A stretch of DNA of 64,000 nucleotides from Bigelowiella natans CCMP2755 (lineage: Eukaryota; Protista; Cercozoa). The notes under the pieces are model-generated. The model made no database searches. It was not told the origin of the DNA and saw only the letters and a list, made by a program, of their open reading frames with translations. Below are positions 1 to 13,708 of the stretch, in pieces; positions within the stretch are counted from its first letter, which is position 1; each line of letters opens with the position of its first letter. The DNA lies in the NCBI GenBank assembly GCA_000320545.1, contig ADNK01001313.1, positions 27,457 to 91,456 of the forward strand, in the 5' to 3' direction. Both the position numbers and the translations under genes were made by a program.

Positions 1-901
1 CAGCGTCAGCAGACACATATACACCTTGATATCGGATGACGAGAAGAACGACGATAAACGCATAAAATTGTCAAAATTAATTACAGCTACAGTAGAAGAG
101 TAATCTTTGAGAAAATCCTCTAATTCATCCTCCCGTCCCCTTCTCCTTCTCGTTGCCACCTGCCACTTTCCGGTGTTCATTGGCGGGCAAATCCGTTGTT
201 CTCTGAAGAAAATATAAATATAATCTGCGTGTGTGGTGATGGTCATTCTCTGCTCGTTTACTATGCACAATTCTCTTGTGACAAACTAGCACCACAAGTA
301 ATGTTGTTGTGACGGCCCCTTCTGAATCTTTGCTAAGTTGCAGTGAATTCGATGGATGGATACCTGTGGTAGATATCTCTGCTGTCGCCCCCCGCCCCCC
401 CCCCTTCCTCCTCCTCCTTCTTCGTCTGTTCGCAGTTGCAGTGAACATATCTTAAACCGTGCTTGATGGCGTACTCCTTCCGGTTATCAACCAGGACCTT
501 TTCCATGATATTCAGCAGAAGATAGAACGGGGGGGAGGGGATATCACAGTGAAGTAAAAGGCTCGTCGCTTGATCGAAGCAATTTATTTTCTTACCGATT
601 CTTCGTCTCCTACACTGACGATTGTGAGTAAATGGTCCTTACGCGCGTCATCAAGCTCGTGACTATCCAGACTATTGTCCTTGCTGATCGAATCTGTCGC
701 CACCTCGCTTGTGCCGGCCGCTACAAGTTCGTGCACACGAACCCGCCCCCATGCCAACGCATCTAAGCTTTGTTCTCCCTGCTCCTCATCCGTGACTACC
801 ACTCCGCGGGTGGACGAGGCCGTGGCAATAGTAATTGTCAAATACGCCAATGCAGCGATCGTAAGGCCAACGAGCAACCGCCGAAGGGTTGGAGCGGCCA
901 T
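1..901 (-). CDS. Probable type II membrane protein, possibly a GT34 (GMA12/MNN10-like) glycosyltransferase; multi-exon, 3' end probably beyond the window edge
   Basis: ATG at 901 gives MAAPTLRRLLVGLTIAALAYLTITIATA (signal anchor). GTAAG donor at 595. The next exon reads VLVDNRKEYAIKHG, resembling the N-x-x-x-YA-x-x-HG motif of GT34. Downstream exons are not resolved. Confidence 0.4.
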
Positions 902-1499
902 GGCCCCGATCAGGGCGACGAAGTTAACAAAATAACCTCTATTTTTATATAACGACAACGTAAAATGCCCGCTTATTATTAGAATTATGCCCACCCGTCG
1001 CGCCGCACGCCGTTCAGCGATCCAAAAAGGCGACAATTTTGCAGGACCCACGATGCGCACACCTTGACCAGCTTCCACTTGTTCGTTTGGCAAGCGAAAC
1101 ATTGCGTGGTTTGCCACCATGGAATTCAAAGCAGGAAAATTGACAAAGTGAACAAAGCAGATCGAAGCGGCAATGCTGTGAAGTGCGTGTTTGTGCGCGC
1201 GCGCGTCTAGGCGTGTGTGTGTGTGTGTGTGTGTGTGTTGCGCGTAAGGTGTTCACAGGCCGAGGCGCTACGTGCACAAGTAGGCAGGGGGGGGGAAAGG
1301 CACGTTTGCTTCCTTTTGAAGAGTTGTGTTTATTTTTATTAAAGATTATATTTTTATTAAATCGTGCACTGCGTAATCATTCGCGAAGCTTTCGCGAATG
1401 CCGCCGCACGTGGGGCAGCACACTTCCGGTGTGCTGCCATGAGTCCCGCCGGAACCCACGTGCCTATGCTGTATTAATATCTACGTTATCTATATTCTA

Positions 1500-1910
1500 T
1501 ATCCGCGACAACCCCTTTGTTGTCGCACGTGACTTGTGCCCGCGTAGTGGTACGCGCTACATGTGCACGTGTGGCCGTGCTTCGCCGCGTTGCTCCATCG
1601 TCTAGTCATTGTTGCCATTCGAGTTCATGCAGTCACTCATCATCGCCAGATTGGATGTGGAACACTTCGCCTCGCAATTCTTGCCGGAACTGCTGGAAAA
1701 CACCCACACTTTGCCACTGTTGGGTCAGGAACACTGCTAGACTGGAACAACACAACGCTTCGACGTGTTGCATGTTATGCCAAGCGTTGTGTGCCACCAG
1801 TGTGGTGATTGATCGCACGAGCTAAATCGCGCGGGAGCATGATGGAAGCATCAGTCACATCTAGACATCTACATTTGCCTCCTACATTCTTGCTTTGTGC
1901 GTGCTTTCCA
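1500..1910. other. CATG/CTAG/TGCA-rich island downstream of the helicase stop codon
   Basis: Alternating purine-pyrimidine, palindromic-tetramer-rich stretches (e.g. ctacatgtgcacgtg, gcatctagc). Similar to, but weaker than, the islands at convergent junctions. Confidence 0.45.
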
Positions 1911-2050
1911 TTGCATCTAGCGGGAGCATCGACACGCGAGCACTAATAAAGACCGATGAAATTGAAGCAAATAGCACAAATCTTGTTCACAATGTTTTTT
2001 GGGAAAGGTCACAACATCAGAAAATGGATATTTCATCTCAGCTGCTTTCA

Positions 2051-4186
2051 CTATCTTCGTCGCCGATCTCTGCTGTCTCGTCGTCGATCCCGCTCTCTAT
2101 CTCTGCTGTCCCTCTTCCGGCGATGATCGCGTCTACTATCACCGTCGTCGTCCCTGCGCCGTCCACCGCCCCCGCTTCTCCTCGTCATGCTCCGGAGCCA
2201 CTCCGGAACTCGCTTATTGGCTTTTCTCAAATAGGATGCTATTTTTGACGCCAGGTGGCCACCGTTTCCTCTCGGGTGAAAATATGTTGTTGCAGTTCCC
2301 TTCTTCCCAGCGCGCCCCGTGCGTCCGATCTTATGTGTGTACTCGTCCATGTCACGGGCCATGTCATACTGCACGACGTGGGTTATCCCATTGATGTCGA
2401 GCCCTCTTGCAGCTACTCCCGTCGCCACTAGTACCCTGACCTTTTTCTTCTTGAACATCCGCATCGCCTCCTCGCGCTCATACTGCTCGTGGTGCCCATG
2501 AAGAGAAACGGCCGTCTCACCGCTGGCGATCAAAAAGTCGCGAATCTTATCCGCGGATTGCCGACGCTGCACGAACACAATGGTCATCCCGTCGATTGTC
2601 TTCAAGTCTTTGAGCAGCTCCGCCTCCTTCTGATGCTCTTCGAGCAGTTTCACTACCTGGTCTATGTTTTCCACGGTGGAACCGACATGGCCTACAACAA
2701 GTCGGTTGAACCGCCGCAGGTAGTCGTCTGCCATCCTCCGAATCTGTGGGGGGCGGGGGGACGATGAGGGAGGTATTTGATTCGGATTGTTCTCTTGATC
2801 ACCAACTCTAATGCCGAGACTTACTACCTTTACTGCTACTGCTACTGCTACTATTACAACAACAGTAATAATGATAATAATTATGATGATAATCAATTAT
2901 AATAGCACCTAATATGAAAAGTAGAAATAGTACCTTTGCAGGGTAGGTGGCGCTGAACATGGAGGTCTGCCGTGATGTTTTGTCAGGAAGGTCCAGTTGA
3001 GTCACGATCTGTTTCACCGCCTTCTCAAATCCCATATCCATCATCTTATCTGCCTCGTCGAAGACGAAGAAGCGAACGAACTCGAGGGTCACAACGCCAT
3101 CCTTAAAAAGGTCCAGGAGACGGCCTGGGGTGGATGCGAGAATGTCAGTCTGCCTATCTTGCAAGGCGCCCTTCTGCTCGGAGTAGTTATTCCCACCGAA
3201 CGCCGCGAAAGAATTCAACTCGGTATTGGGGAGAAGCTTCCCGCACTCCTTCTCGATTTGGATTACAAGTTCTCTGGTGGGGCCAAGGATGAGGGCAAGC
3301 GGGCCGGCTTTCGCAAACTTGCCTTTGAAGAAAGGGCGGTAGAAGCTACCATCTTTCACTAGCCGTCCAACAATAGGGATGAGAAACGCCAACGTTTTTC
3401 CGGAGCCAGTTTGTGCGGATGCCATGATGTCCTCTCCTCCAAATACTATAGGTATCGCGTAGGATTGCACTGGAGTGGGGCGGGAGAGATTGTTCTTTTT
3501 CAAATTCTCGATAACTTTGGCCGGGATTTTACCGCCCTCCCAGTCCTTCACGGGAGCAAGCTTCCTATTCGGTCCAGAGACCCTAACAGGCATTTTTTCA
3601 TATTCTTCAAAGTTGAATCCTTGGTTACCTCCTTCTTCTTCTTCCCCGCTGCTTTCTCTGGCTTTCTGTGCATCGCCTTCATTGCCTGGACCCTGGGAAC
3701 TGCTGGTGGCTTCCGAATTCTTTTTCTTCTTTTCGTCTCCTTCTTCGTCCGAGCTAACAATTCCTCCTAATAGTTGTGCGTGTATTCTCCTAGCCTCTGC
3801 GCTGTCAGGTGAGCCACTAGGTGACCTCCTCCTTCTTTTAAAAGACCGAGATCGGCTCCTGCTGCGGCTTCTACTTCCGCTTCTACTTCGAGCAAAGGAT
3901 GACTTGAAGCCTCTATTCTTGCTATCTTGTCTGTTCGAGTTCCTACTTTGTCCCCCCGCCCATCTTTCAGGAGCTGCAGTTGGTTGTCTGCCCGAGTTTC
4001 TACTACTTTGGCCACCCGCCCATCTTTCAGGCGGTGCAATTTGTTGTCTGTAACTTTGTCTCCCCGACCATCTTTCAGGAGCTGCAGTTGGTTGCTGGGA
4101 CTGCTGAACAAATCACAACAGCCCGGACAACCGACGATCAGCACGCACACGTACCACACGCACTCACACGTACCACACGCACACAT

Positions 4187-4228
<42 letters not shown>

Positions 4229-4522
4229 GCACTCAAATTGAATTGTGCTAGACCAGAATTAAAGGGAAGACAGTAGCTATTTATTCGAAATATGCTCTTA
4301 ATTACGCACGAAGGCAGCTGCTTCCATTACACCACCACCAACAACACTCACCCTGTTCCATCCCCGCTGCCGGCCTCTTCCATACGTTGGAGGTCCATTT
4401 CTGTCATACATTGATGGTCCACCTTGTCCGTGTAATGGTGGCCCATTTCTCCCTCCCCTTTCGTGGTTGTGATTATAAGGGGGGCGATGATGTTGAGAGG
4501 GGCGGGGAGCTCCACGACGCAT
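2051..4522 (-). CDS. DEAD-box RNA helicase, DED1/DDX3/Vasa-like; 3 exons (4522-4352, 4103-2934, 2743-2051)
   Basis: Motifs AQTGSGKT, PTREL, TPGRL, DEAD, SAT, ARGLD and HKIGRTGRAG. GT-AG introns at 4351-4104 and 2933-2744 join the frames (..SATYPAK|IRRMADDYL..). RGG/RS-rich N-terminus and RD-rich C-terminus. Confidence 0.93.
3945..4100 (-). repeat. Three imperfect coding repeats (PTAAPERW-x-G-x-QS type) in the helicase N-terminus
   Basis: catctttcaggagctgcagttggttg at ~3961 and ~4071; variant catctttcaggcggtgcaatttgttg at ~4021. Confidence 0.85.
4189..4227. repeat. (AC)n microsatellite in helicase intron 1
   Basis: Seen directly. Confidence 0.95.
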
Positions 4523-5691
4523 TGTCGACCAGTTGGGCGGAATGAATCTTGATGCATATGTGATTGTCGTCTACCGAAATCTCTATTGGTTTTAACTCTT
4601 TGTAAACACCTTTGAAAATGATAGCTTTTGCGATGTCGCTCTATCAGATTCGATGCAAAACATTGCTGAACAAGTTTGAGGCGAAGATGAACTGTGAAGA
4701 ATTTCCCTGTTGCGCATTTCATCTAAATTCCTAAGATTTCAATGGATTTCCAAATGTTTCGTTCCTTCTTGACTACATGTACCTTTAAAAAAAGCTTGTT
4801 CATAAAATCTTTTGATCTTTGCTCGTGTTAACACGCTTAAGGGGCACCTTTAATCGGAGTTGGAGCTTTTCTCTTTTGGGGTAACGGTCGAGATGTGTCA
4901 CCCTGTTTGGGTACTAAATTGTGATTGTTTCATTGCTAAAATTACCTAAATTCAAGGCAAGCGAACAAGAAGTACCGGGTCTAAAATTCTTCTCGTATAC
5001 CAACTCTGTAGAGTACCCATCGCAGACCGAATGCCGACGTGGAAAAATGGAAGACGTACATGCATGTTTTTGTGAAAAATCAGAACATTTGGACGTATTC
5101 AGGGAATTTTCGGTGCTGAAGATGATGAGGATTTGAAAAAGGAATACACCTATGTGACTGTTGGTAGCCAAATTGGCGCGAAAATAGCCATCTTTTTGAA
5201 GTGTTTCCATGAGATTTTAAGGTCTAGACATCGTTCCAAAGATGGTCCGGAGCTTCGATGCAACTGCGCAGATCCAGAGATTTTGACAAAATGAAGCACA
5301 ATTGAGGGTAAATTTCACTCAAGAATATGTCGTAATTTGATAATGACTACGTTTGCAACGAGCACAAATCCGAATGATTCTGAAATTCTTGGAAACTCTT
5401 GTAATTATCTCTGCACATCCTGAACCGCCTACCTGCTTTTACTTCAAACAAACCTGACCTGGACTTGCCCATTGACTTTTGAGAGATAAATTGAATCTAT
5501 CCCTTTGTAGATTAATCTGTCAATGACCTTGCTCGGTAATCCAGTTAGTATTTGAGAGTGGGCAGTTGAGAGGGGGGGCATAGCTCCATCCTTGGGCACG
5601 ATCTTAAACCTAGCTTGATCTGTGAGGATCTGTAATCTGTGTAAATTCCACATTGGTTATGATAATTGGATGTACGATTGACATAGGCACA

Positions 5692-7595
5692 ATGGCCACG
5701 TCGGAAAATGGGCCAAGTTTGTTCATGAATCAACCCAAATTCTCGGGGGCTATTGAATGCATTGTGAAAGCGGCGCACCACGAGTAAGCAACTAGAATTT
5801 ACATTTCCGAATGATTTTCAGTCTTTTTCAGTCAATTTTTAGTCATTTTTTAATTTCTTACAGATGCTTAATGGCGAAGTTGGGGTTTTCCACCGCACGC
5901 ATAGATTATAAAATGGATCCAAAGGCCTCAATCGTCGGCCATGTCTGCATGGCGATTGTCGATCCGCATCATTCCGGATGTCGGGACAGCCTTGCGGTCC
6001 TAGCTTTCTTCGGAAACAACACTTCAGGCGAAATTATGATGGCTGATGGATCTGAATTTCCATATTCGTGTCTTGGCAAAGCGGATCTGACTGTAGTCAG
6101 GATTTTGCGGAAGGCTCTTCCAAAACTGGGTGAGAATCTACGAATTATGCGCATGCGGGTTGTGGAGGATATTCAAGCAGCTAGTGGACGACGATCGTCG
6201 AAATCAAGTTCTCGGAGTACATCTACAAACAATTCCCCAATTAGGGACTCCAAAGATTCGGAGAAAAAAAGCTTCGCCAACACCTCGAAATCTTTGTTTC
6301 ACAATTCCATGTCTATCGCGCATGCGACTCCCGCTCCGTCCAACTCTTTCCCGCCTCCATCAAAGGATGTTCAATTTAGAATAAGTCGAACCCGACCTAT
6401 AATCAGCCCTATTGTCATCAACACGGGTGACTCGACTTTGCCCAGCTCAACTTTACCCGGGTGTGCTGGGCTACAGCCCGAAATGCCGCGTTCCGGAAGG
6501 GAGAAACAGCTGAGACGCACCAGCCCGCAACCCAAATCGAAAGCCGCCCCCTTCCCCTCGACAATTGCAAATGGAAAGTCCGTTAATGCATCCCATCGGA
6601 GACAACCGCCGCCTAATCAGTTTAAGTGCTCAGTGTTTGTCAGCCACATCGCCTCCGGTGCATCCTGGCACGATATCCAGTCAGCCTTCTCCGCGCAGGT
6701 TGCCCCTACTCTGCGAGTGTACATGAAGCCCGGCTGCAGTTGGGCCCATGTTTATTTCTATGATCTGGATGGAGTCGAGAAGGCCATCGAGGCCGCTGCA
6801 GCAGGTATGATCAAGATTTGCGGTCGCCCTGCACGCGTTCGCCGCCGCACCCGGAAGAAGAAAGTGAAACGCAATCAAGGGGAGCACCCAATGCGTGAAG
6901 AATCTCCCCCTACTCTCTCTCGCAGCACAGGAATCCCTGGGACAAATAGTAGGGGCGGTTATCAATTAAACAGTCAAGAGTGTGCACCAAATGACAACTT
7001 CTACTCTCGTGGCGGGCTGTCGAAACCCCATATTTCTTCTCCTCCCAGCAGCTTCCAGCGTGGCCAATCAACTTCCCCTCCATGCCGTGAAAGAAGGCTC
7101 AAGCAAGACCGAATACGCCAACCTCTATCTTGCCACGGTAATAATACTAGTGAGTACCGAAGCGACGGAAGACGGCAGCATTATTGTACTAACGAGTCCC
7201 GTATTGGATCCTCATCTTTGTTCATGAGGAATCCAGCCGCATTACAATCACCACCGCTGTTCTCAACATCTGGATATTTTCCAAACGATCAGCAGCAGCA
7301 GCTGCTGCTGCATAGAAACAAGAAGAACGACAACCATACCCACCCGCTGCTGCAGCAGAAACCGCAGCGGCAAACGCAGCATATTGAGCTCTTACCCGCT
7401 TCGTCCAGAAGGAATTATTCGTCAATGGACCGTCTGACTTCTGGACTCGAGAGCATCCGACTCATGCAACCAGGAGTTGAAAACTCCTCTTCCATGACAA
7501 GCAGCCTTCGCTGTAATATTGCAGATTTTCTCCCTCCCAACGACCTACATCATAAATCAGACATGTTGAATACAAACCGAGATGGGAGAAGGTAG
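5692..7595 (+). CDS. Single-RRM RNA-binding protein with long disordered Ser/Pro/Gln-rich regions; 2 exons (5692-5783, 5864-7595)
   Basis: Exon 1 MATSENGPSLF..AAHH(E) joins the 5811..7595 ORF in frame across an 80-nt GTAAG..TTACAG intron. RRM-like segment SVFVSHI..WAHVYFYD..ICGRPARV. Confidence 0.8.
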
Positions 7596-8379
7596 ATGCT
7601 TGGAGAGAACCTCATATTTCTCTTCTATCTTTTCAACGCACAGCAGTTGACAAGACGGTTCATGGACCGCCCCTATGATACATTAAAACACCAAAAAACT
7701 AAGCCAACTTGTCTTTATTTAAACGCTGATAATCCTATCCGTTTGGTTATGGTTTTCTCTTCTATCTAATCTAATGGCGATTGCTAAAGAACATTATCGC
7801 TCCCTCTTTGCATTTCTATCCCGAGGAGTTATCGCAATCACTTTATTATTAATAAAAATACACAGCTTCCCTTACTCTTCCACCCCCCCCTTCGTTCTGT
7901 CGTCGTGGAATGTCAACCAGGAACTCGAAAACCATTCCGATTAACTGAGATTATGAACCGGGGATTTTTCCGTTTCGATTTATCTTTCAGATGTTCGTGA
8001 CTACCGCATCCCAGTTATTTCAACAAATCATTAATCCATTTAAAATACGTCTATGGGCACCAGTAGATAGAGAAGAAGCCTTCTGGTGGCGATATTCTAA
8101 ATACACACCACTTCAAAATTCGTCACAGCTCCAAGCAAAGTAAGAAAATTGTTGAGAGTTTTCCACCTCAAGAGTTCTCAAATTTTATACTTGTAAATAT
8201 TTATCGATTTCAATTTCTTTATCTGTTTCATTTGGAGGTGACATGTTGCAGCAAGTTGCAGTCTATCGTAGTGATTCCGTAATACTTTACGATTACCCTT
8301 AGTATTATCATCAGCTGTTAATCATATTTCTACGCCCGTATGCGTGTATGTGGCGATTGTCAAATAAATCATCTTAAAA

Positions 8380-9600
8380 TAGTGTAATGCATGTTCTAGA
8401 TTAATGTTAAATTTTGCATTAGTTGTATGTTCAACTATGTGTGTTCTTTAATGGAACGTAAAATTTCAAGAATAAGTCTTTCTCTATATGTCTTGAAGAA
8501 TGTTAGCCTTCACTGTGTAAAATGTAGCAATGCAGTATTTGCCATATGTCACTCTTCATTATGCACATATCTAGATGATTATCGTGTGTGTGCAACAGCA
8601 CTCCGATGCGTTCTAGGGTTGCTACATCTGCGCCTGACAACGTGTGTGTAGCGCTAGCCGCCAGCAGACAACGGTGTGAAATGCATCGCATCGATCGCGA
8701 TGTGCACATACATGACTAGATCTTGTAGAGATGAATGTGCATGTTGCGATCTGCATCGCATGCCATACGATGTAGTACGATGGCTATCTACACATGCTAC
8801 CTATGTGTACGCATGACAGTGCGTACTGCGATCGATTAAATCGACATCGATGTATGCTGCCGACCGGTCTGCTGCTATAGCGGTGCATTGCCATCGATCC
8901 TCACGCCACAATGCGACATGTGTGCATGTGTTGTGCGATGCAACAATAGTTGCATGATGAATTAACAAAACTCATGTGATTGATCCTTGTTCATTGTGGT
9001 CTGTCGTCACACGACTGCTAGACTGTGCATCGTAGTCACATGAACTTTGCTGTGTAGTTTGTTGTTTGTGTGGCATCCATACTAGCATAGCAAGTAGTAG
9101 CTATTCGATTCTGCGTACGTGCTATGCATGTGTGTAGACCTAGCTAGCTAGTTAGCAGCAGCATGCGCGCAATTGTAATTTTCTAGGTTAGCACGTTACG
9201 CACATGCGTGTGTTGCTGCACGCATGTGTATGAATAGCGTGCGTCCAGACGCAACGACACCGCCATCTAGCCATGTCTAGCTATAAAGCTATTTAGAAGA
9301 TCGACGGCGGAGGTGGCACATGAGTGTTATGAACAATTATTCTCATTCCCATGTATGTTCCCTTGTACCACCACCGACGTGCAGAGCAGTAGATTGCACA
9401 AGTGTACGAGGGCACACAGCACAACCATGAATGTGCAACCTGCATGCTGACCGTAGCTAGGTAACGACACTGATCATCATGTGTGTATGTACGCATCAGT
9501 GGTACAAGAAAACAACCTGCGTACATCATGCGTGGTCATTGTCACAGTCTAGGCTGAGAGCATGTGCTTTACGTGGCTTGCCATTGTATTGCCAACTAGG
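8380..9600. other. Convergent-junction island (RRM -> <- TMEM138)
   Basis: Dense in CATG, CTAG, AGCT and TGCA, e.g. gctatgcatg..cctagctagctagttagcagcagcatgcgcgc at 9121-9170. Few CC/GG or long A/T runs. Confidence 0.75.
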
Positions 9601-9658
9601 TAGATGGAAAAGCGAGTATCTCGAGTTCCCTGCTATCTTTTGTTCGCAGAGGCCTTAC

Positions 9659-10409
9659 CTATCCAATCCCCAGCCTGATAGTACTTCACCTACAAATTTG
9701 ACGATTTGTGATCCTAGAGACGCAAAGAGATATGATTGTTAAAATACCTTCGAGAGCTTGAACACGGTGAAAAAAGTTATCAAGTAGAACAAAATGCAAC
9801 CTAATTCCAGGATAATACTGATGCGTGTCTAATGATAAAACGTCACACTAAGTTTTACCAAGATAATCAAAGTAAAATAGAGTCTGGAATCCTCCATAAT
9901 CCCAAAGGCTGGCTTGTTTGTATCCTTCCGAGAGCAATGACTGGTAATTGTAACCGTGTAAAACATATGTAAATACTCAAGATTTATTTATTTATGAGTT
10001 ACCCCTCTGGCTAGTGCCATGGCAAAGGAGAGTAAGGTTGACACAGGAAAGGTGAATGCTAGAGGAGTCATCTTTTTACAAAGAATCCCCACGAGTCCAA
10101 ATCGGAAGGGAACGGTATCCCAAACCAGGACAAAGATTGATATCAGTATTAATATTCGAATGATTGCCAATACCCTAACGACGTAATAAATAGATGAAAT
10201 TATAATTAAGAACAATTTGGAGCATACTACACAGAAATCATATCACAGTTGAATTAAGGCATACAGTGCACTGCTTTTAATATCGATAAGTACCCAAGGT
10301 ATGTGTAAGCTTCAGCTGAAGTCTTCGCGTGGTTTAGCATAGCATGGAACGCGACGTCGAGAAAAATTAGACCCAATATTGCAGTCGTTTTTTTGCCATA
10401 CTCAATCAT
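9659..10409 (-). CDS. TMEM138: TMEM138-like ciliary multi-pass membrane protein; 5 exons
   Basis: Spliced translation MIEYGKKTTAILGLIFLDVAFHAML..LG|VLAIIRILILISIFVLVWDTVPFRFGLVGILCKK..|..LWDYGGFQTLFYFDYL|GCILFYLITFFTVFKLSK|VKYYQAGIG*. It matches the TMEM138 pattern (D-x-F/A-N/H, T-x-x-F-x-x-GL-x-x-x-L, W-x-x-G-x-Q-x-LF, terminal RLG-x-x-x-FY-like segment). Confidence 0.75.
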
Positions 10410-11226
10410 AGACTACGATTGAGTTGCACCTTGAGTCAGGAATGGAACCTTGACTCCGCAACTAATATCCTCTTCAAAAGAGCGTTTGTTTCACCGACGT
10501 GGGGTCTTTCTGCAAAGAGTGAAGTACTTTCCTGGCAGTTTCGGTCCAATTATAGACAGATAGACAGATAATTTGGAATAAAGGAGGAGTGGGTCAAGTA
10601 GGGGAGAGGAACCCGATCTAAGGATCCATTCGGCAAGCAAATGATGGAGGGCGAAACCGAATCATCCACTCCTGTGAAAACGCAGAAGTAATCAGTATCA
10701 AGATAGCTGGGTCAAGATATCTGCGGGCGGAGGATCGAATGGAATAAGCTGTTAGTTGTATGTGAGTCGCATTGACGATAGAATTTCTATAGAAAGAGCG
10801 TATCCTTGGGGGGACGGAACCTCTTTGAGAGAGTTGCTTGGCTTTCTTCTTCCAATAACTATTCAGCCACACACGAAATCGGGAAAAACCAGCGTATAGG
10901 AGGAACACAGGGGATTATTATTGTTTTTTGGATGTATTCTTGTCGCAACATTGTAATTGCGATAGGGAGATTTTTTTTACGGGTAAACAGATCAGCGAAA
11001 GACGATCATCGCGATAGAGGTGAGGCAAGGCTGCCCGACGCACAAACTAATTCTCCGACCCGCATTCCTTTTTAGGAACGCCCATTTCAAAATTTTCCTT
11101 CCTTTGCCTCTCGCACTGGAAGAACCTAACCACTTTCTGATAGAAGGAAACTGCTTGGAGAAGTATTTGCTTCCTTTCTATTTTCCGGGTAACTCAAAGT
11201 TTCATTGACCCCCCCCTTCACCAGCC

Positions 11227-13666
11227 ATGTCCGAAAGTAAATCGCCCGGATACAAGCATGTGGCGTACTCGGAGATAGCAGCGGAGGATGGACGAGTGGA
11301 ACTCGAGAAGGTTTGCAAGAGTGAAGTAGAAGTAAATCGATACTCCTGTTTTGGTGTATCCGTCGTGTATGTTAAAATTCTGAAGTAAGTATCTTCCCTG
11401 GCTGACCGTGTCTGTGTTTGGTTTTACAGCGAAATATTCTAAACCTTCTCTGCGTTCCAAATTTTACAGGAAAATATAGTGAGACCGGCCCTCTACTCGA
11501 TATTAGCCGGATTAGGGGCATTTATGTTTGGGTATACGCTTGGATTTACAAGCCCTGCTCTCCCTGCGATGTACGGTAATAATGCGGATTGAGGAGGAAT
11601 TGGAGAATAAATGAACGGCCAGATTTTTTTGCCAAATGCCGCGTGAAAGAACGGGAAAAAATGGAATTCGGAATAAAAAGTTCCGCGTTTATTCCTCCCT
11701 CCCTAATTGCCTATTCATCGATTATCTATGCTGTAATTGAAATAGCATGCATATTATCATCAGGCCAAAACTCTGCACAAGTATTCACTGTGACAGACTG
11801 CAACGATAGCAATATCAGCTCCCAAACGGGCTCTCTTTTCAGGTAGCAGCAAGTAGTGAGTGGGGAGGTAGCATCACAACCAAGCACTTTCAGCCTCTTA
11901 GACCCATCTCATCTCTGGCGGATCCGATCGTGATGATGCTCACAAACTTTACCAATTCTTCTTTCTCTATTATTGACTTTGCCTATTGATTTGTACGCTT
12001 ATTAGTTCCATTGTCAACATCGGGGCTGTTTTTGGAGCCATGGTAATATGAGCGTCGGTCGGTCAGTTAAACCGCCGCCCCTATCAAACATCCTTCACTG
12101 TACATAGTATCATCAGCTTGAAGTCGCATGCCATGGAAAAATACATCTATTTAGATCTTCTTCCTTCGTGTCTTCCTTCCTGAAACCAATACAATATACA
12201 CAGGTTGCAGGTCGGCTTGCTGATTATATTGGGAGAAAATTTGCGTTGGCTTCAGCTGCAATACCGCTAGTCGCAGGGTATCCCAACAACAACAACAGCA
12301 ACAACCAACTTTCCCAAGTTGTCGAATATTTGCAAATACAATGCATCATTCACACGAACAGTATATTTTCCTACCACTTTTATCGTCGTCGTTGTCATCA
12401 TTGCCATCCATCTTAAGGTGGGTGTGGCTTGCGATGGTACGGGATCCAACACAGGCGATCTTATCGAGAGCCATGGCAGGTTAGCGTACATTCACGACCG
12501 TGCATATCAGTATCACCCCAAATCATTGGCTACAACATAAATGTAGGCGTTGGCGTTGGCATGTGCAGCTCCTTGACCCCGATGTACATTTCGGAGGTAG
12601 TAGCAATACGGAATCATCGTCGTCGTCGCCGTCACTATTTTCATTGCTATCATCTATCCTGTGCGGACAAAAGGGGGGGGGGGGGGGGATAAATAATCGA
12701 TGACGTAGTCGTTCATATGGAAGAAAAAGGATTGTTTAGCTCAGCACCTCCCTCCATCCCCCCCCCCCCGTATTCTTCATTTTCCCATCATTTTGTGTAT
12801 CGGTGAGTAGATCGCGCCCACAGCTTACAGAGGCGCGTTGGGAGCTCTCAATCAGCTACTAATTACGGTTGGTGATTGTTGTCCGGAAGAGAAGAAAGAG
12901 GGAGGGGGGGGGATGGATAAAAAATCGAAAATAAAGGAACTTCAAGAAGCAAAGAGTCAGATAAGAGAGCAGAATGGTGGAGTGGAAGGGGAGGAATTCT
13001 GTTCATGCAAGATATATATAACACATAAACCTGCGTTTGATGAGACGAGAATTCATCGTCATCACTGAATGAGCATGCTTACTCGTAGATCGGAATCTTT
13101 GGCGTGTATTTTATCGGCTACTTACTGCCACACGAAGATACGACATACAACAGCTGCCCAAATGCAACCACCAGCACGATCAGGTACTATTCTTCTCCTT
13201 CTCCGCCTCCGCCCCCTTCATAGCTTTGTTTTCTTATTCATAAGATCAAGTTCTACCATCTATAATTCTCGATGAATCCTCTCCGTCCACACCCTCTTTC
13301 TCACCTCCATATGTGTTTGTGTGTTTTGTTTCTTTTCTTCCCTCTCCTATCTGTCATTCAATAGCACACATTGGCCAACTTTGGCTTGGATCGGAGCAGC
13401 GCTGTCGTCCCTTCTCTTCTTTGTACGTAATCAACAGGAGATTAATGATGATGGCGATGATGATGATAATCTCTGTGCGTCGGTGCCTTCTCCCACAGCT
13501 TCCTTCCCATTATAACGTCCTTATCTATTCATTGATTTATTATTATTTTTATTTTTATCATCATCATTATTCTCTATCTGTCCGTCAGGTGGCTAACCTC
13601 CTTCCTGAGACACCGGTGTATCTCCTCAAGATCGGCCAAACCCAGCGTGCTTGCACAGTCATGAAG

Positions 13667-13708
<42 letters not shown>

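Noticed and set aside
1517-1825. Overlapping short ORFs inside the islands (also 8427-8709, 18547-18819, 35184-35438)
   Set aside because: No motifs and no consistent frame; best explained as chance ORFs in compositionally biased DNA.
3475-4053. 192-aa plus-strand ORF (also 36229-36828 +, 54216-54881 -, 11218-11460 -, 44595-44873 -)
   Set aside because: Antisense shadows of well-supported genes on the other strand; no recognisable motifs.
3945-4100. Regularly spaced ~26-bp repeats that look CRISPR-like
   Set aside because: Only three copies, in frame inside a eukaryotic helicase exon, with related spacers and no cas genes.
4720-5660. Short ORFs and possible micro-exons in the helicase/RRM spacer (and similarly 10420-11200)
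   Set aside because: Alternative splice models are possible on both strands, but none gave a recognisable protein; not supportable without transcripts.
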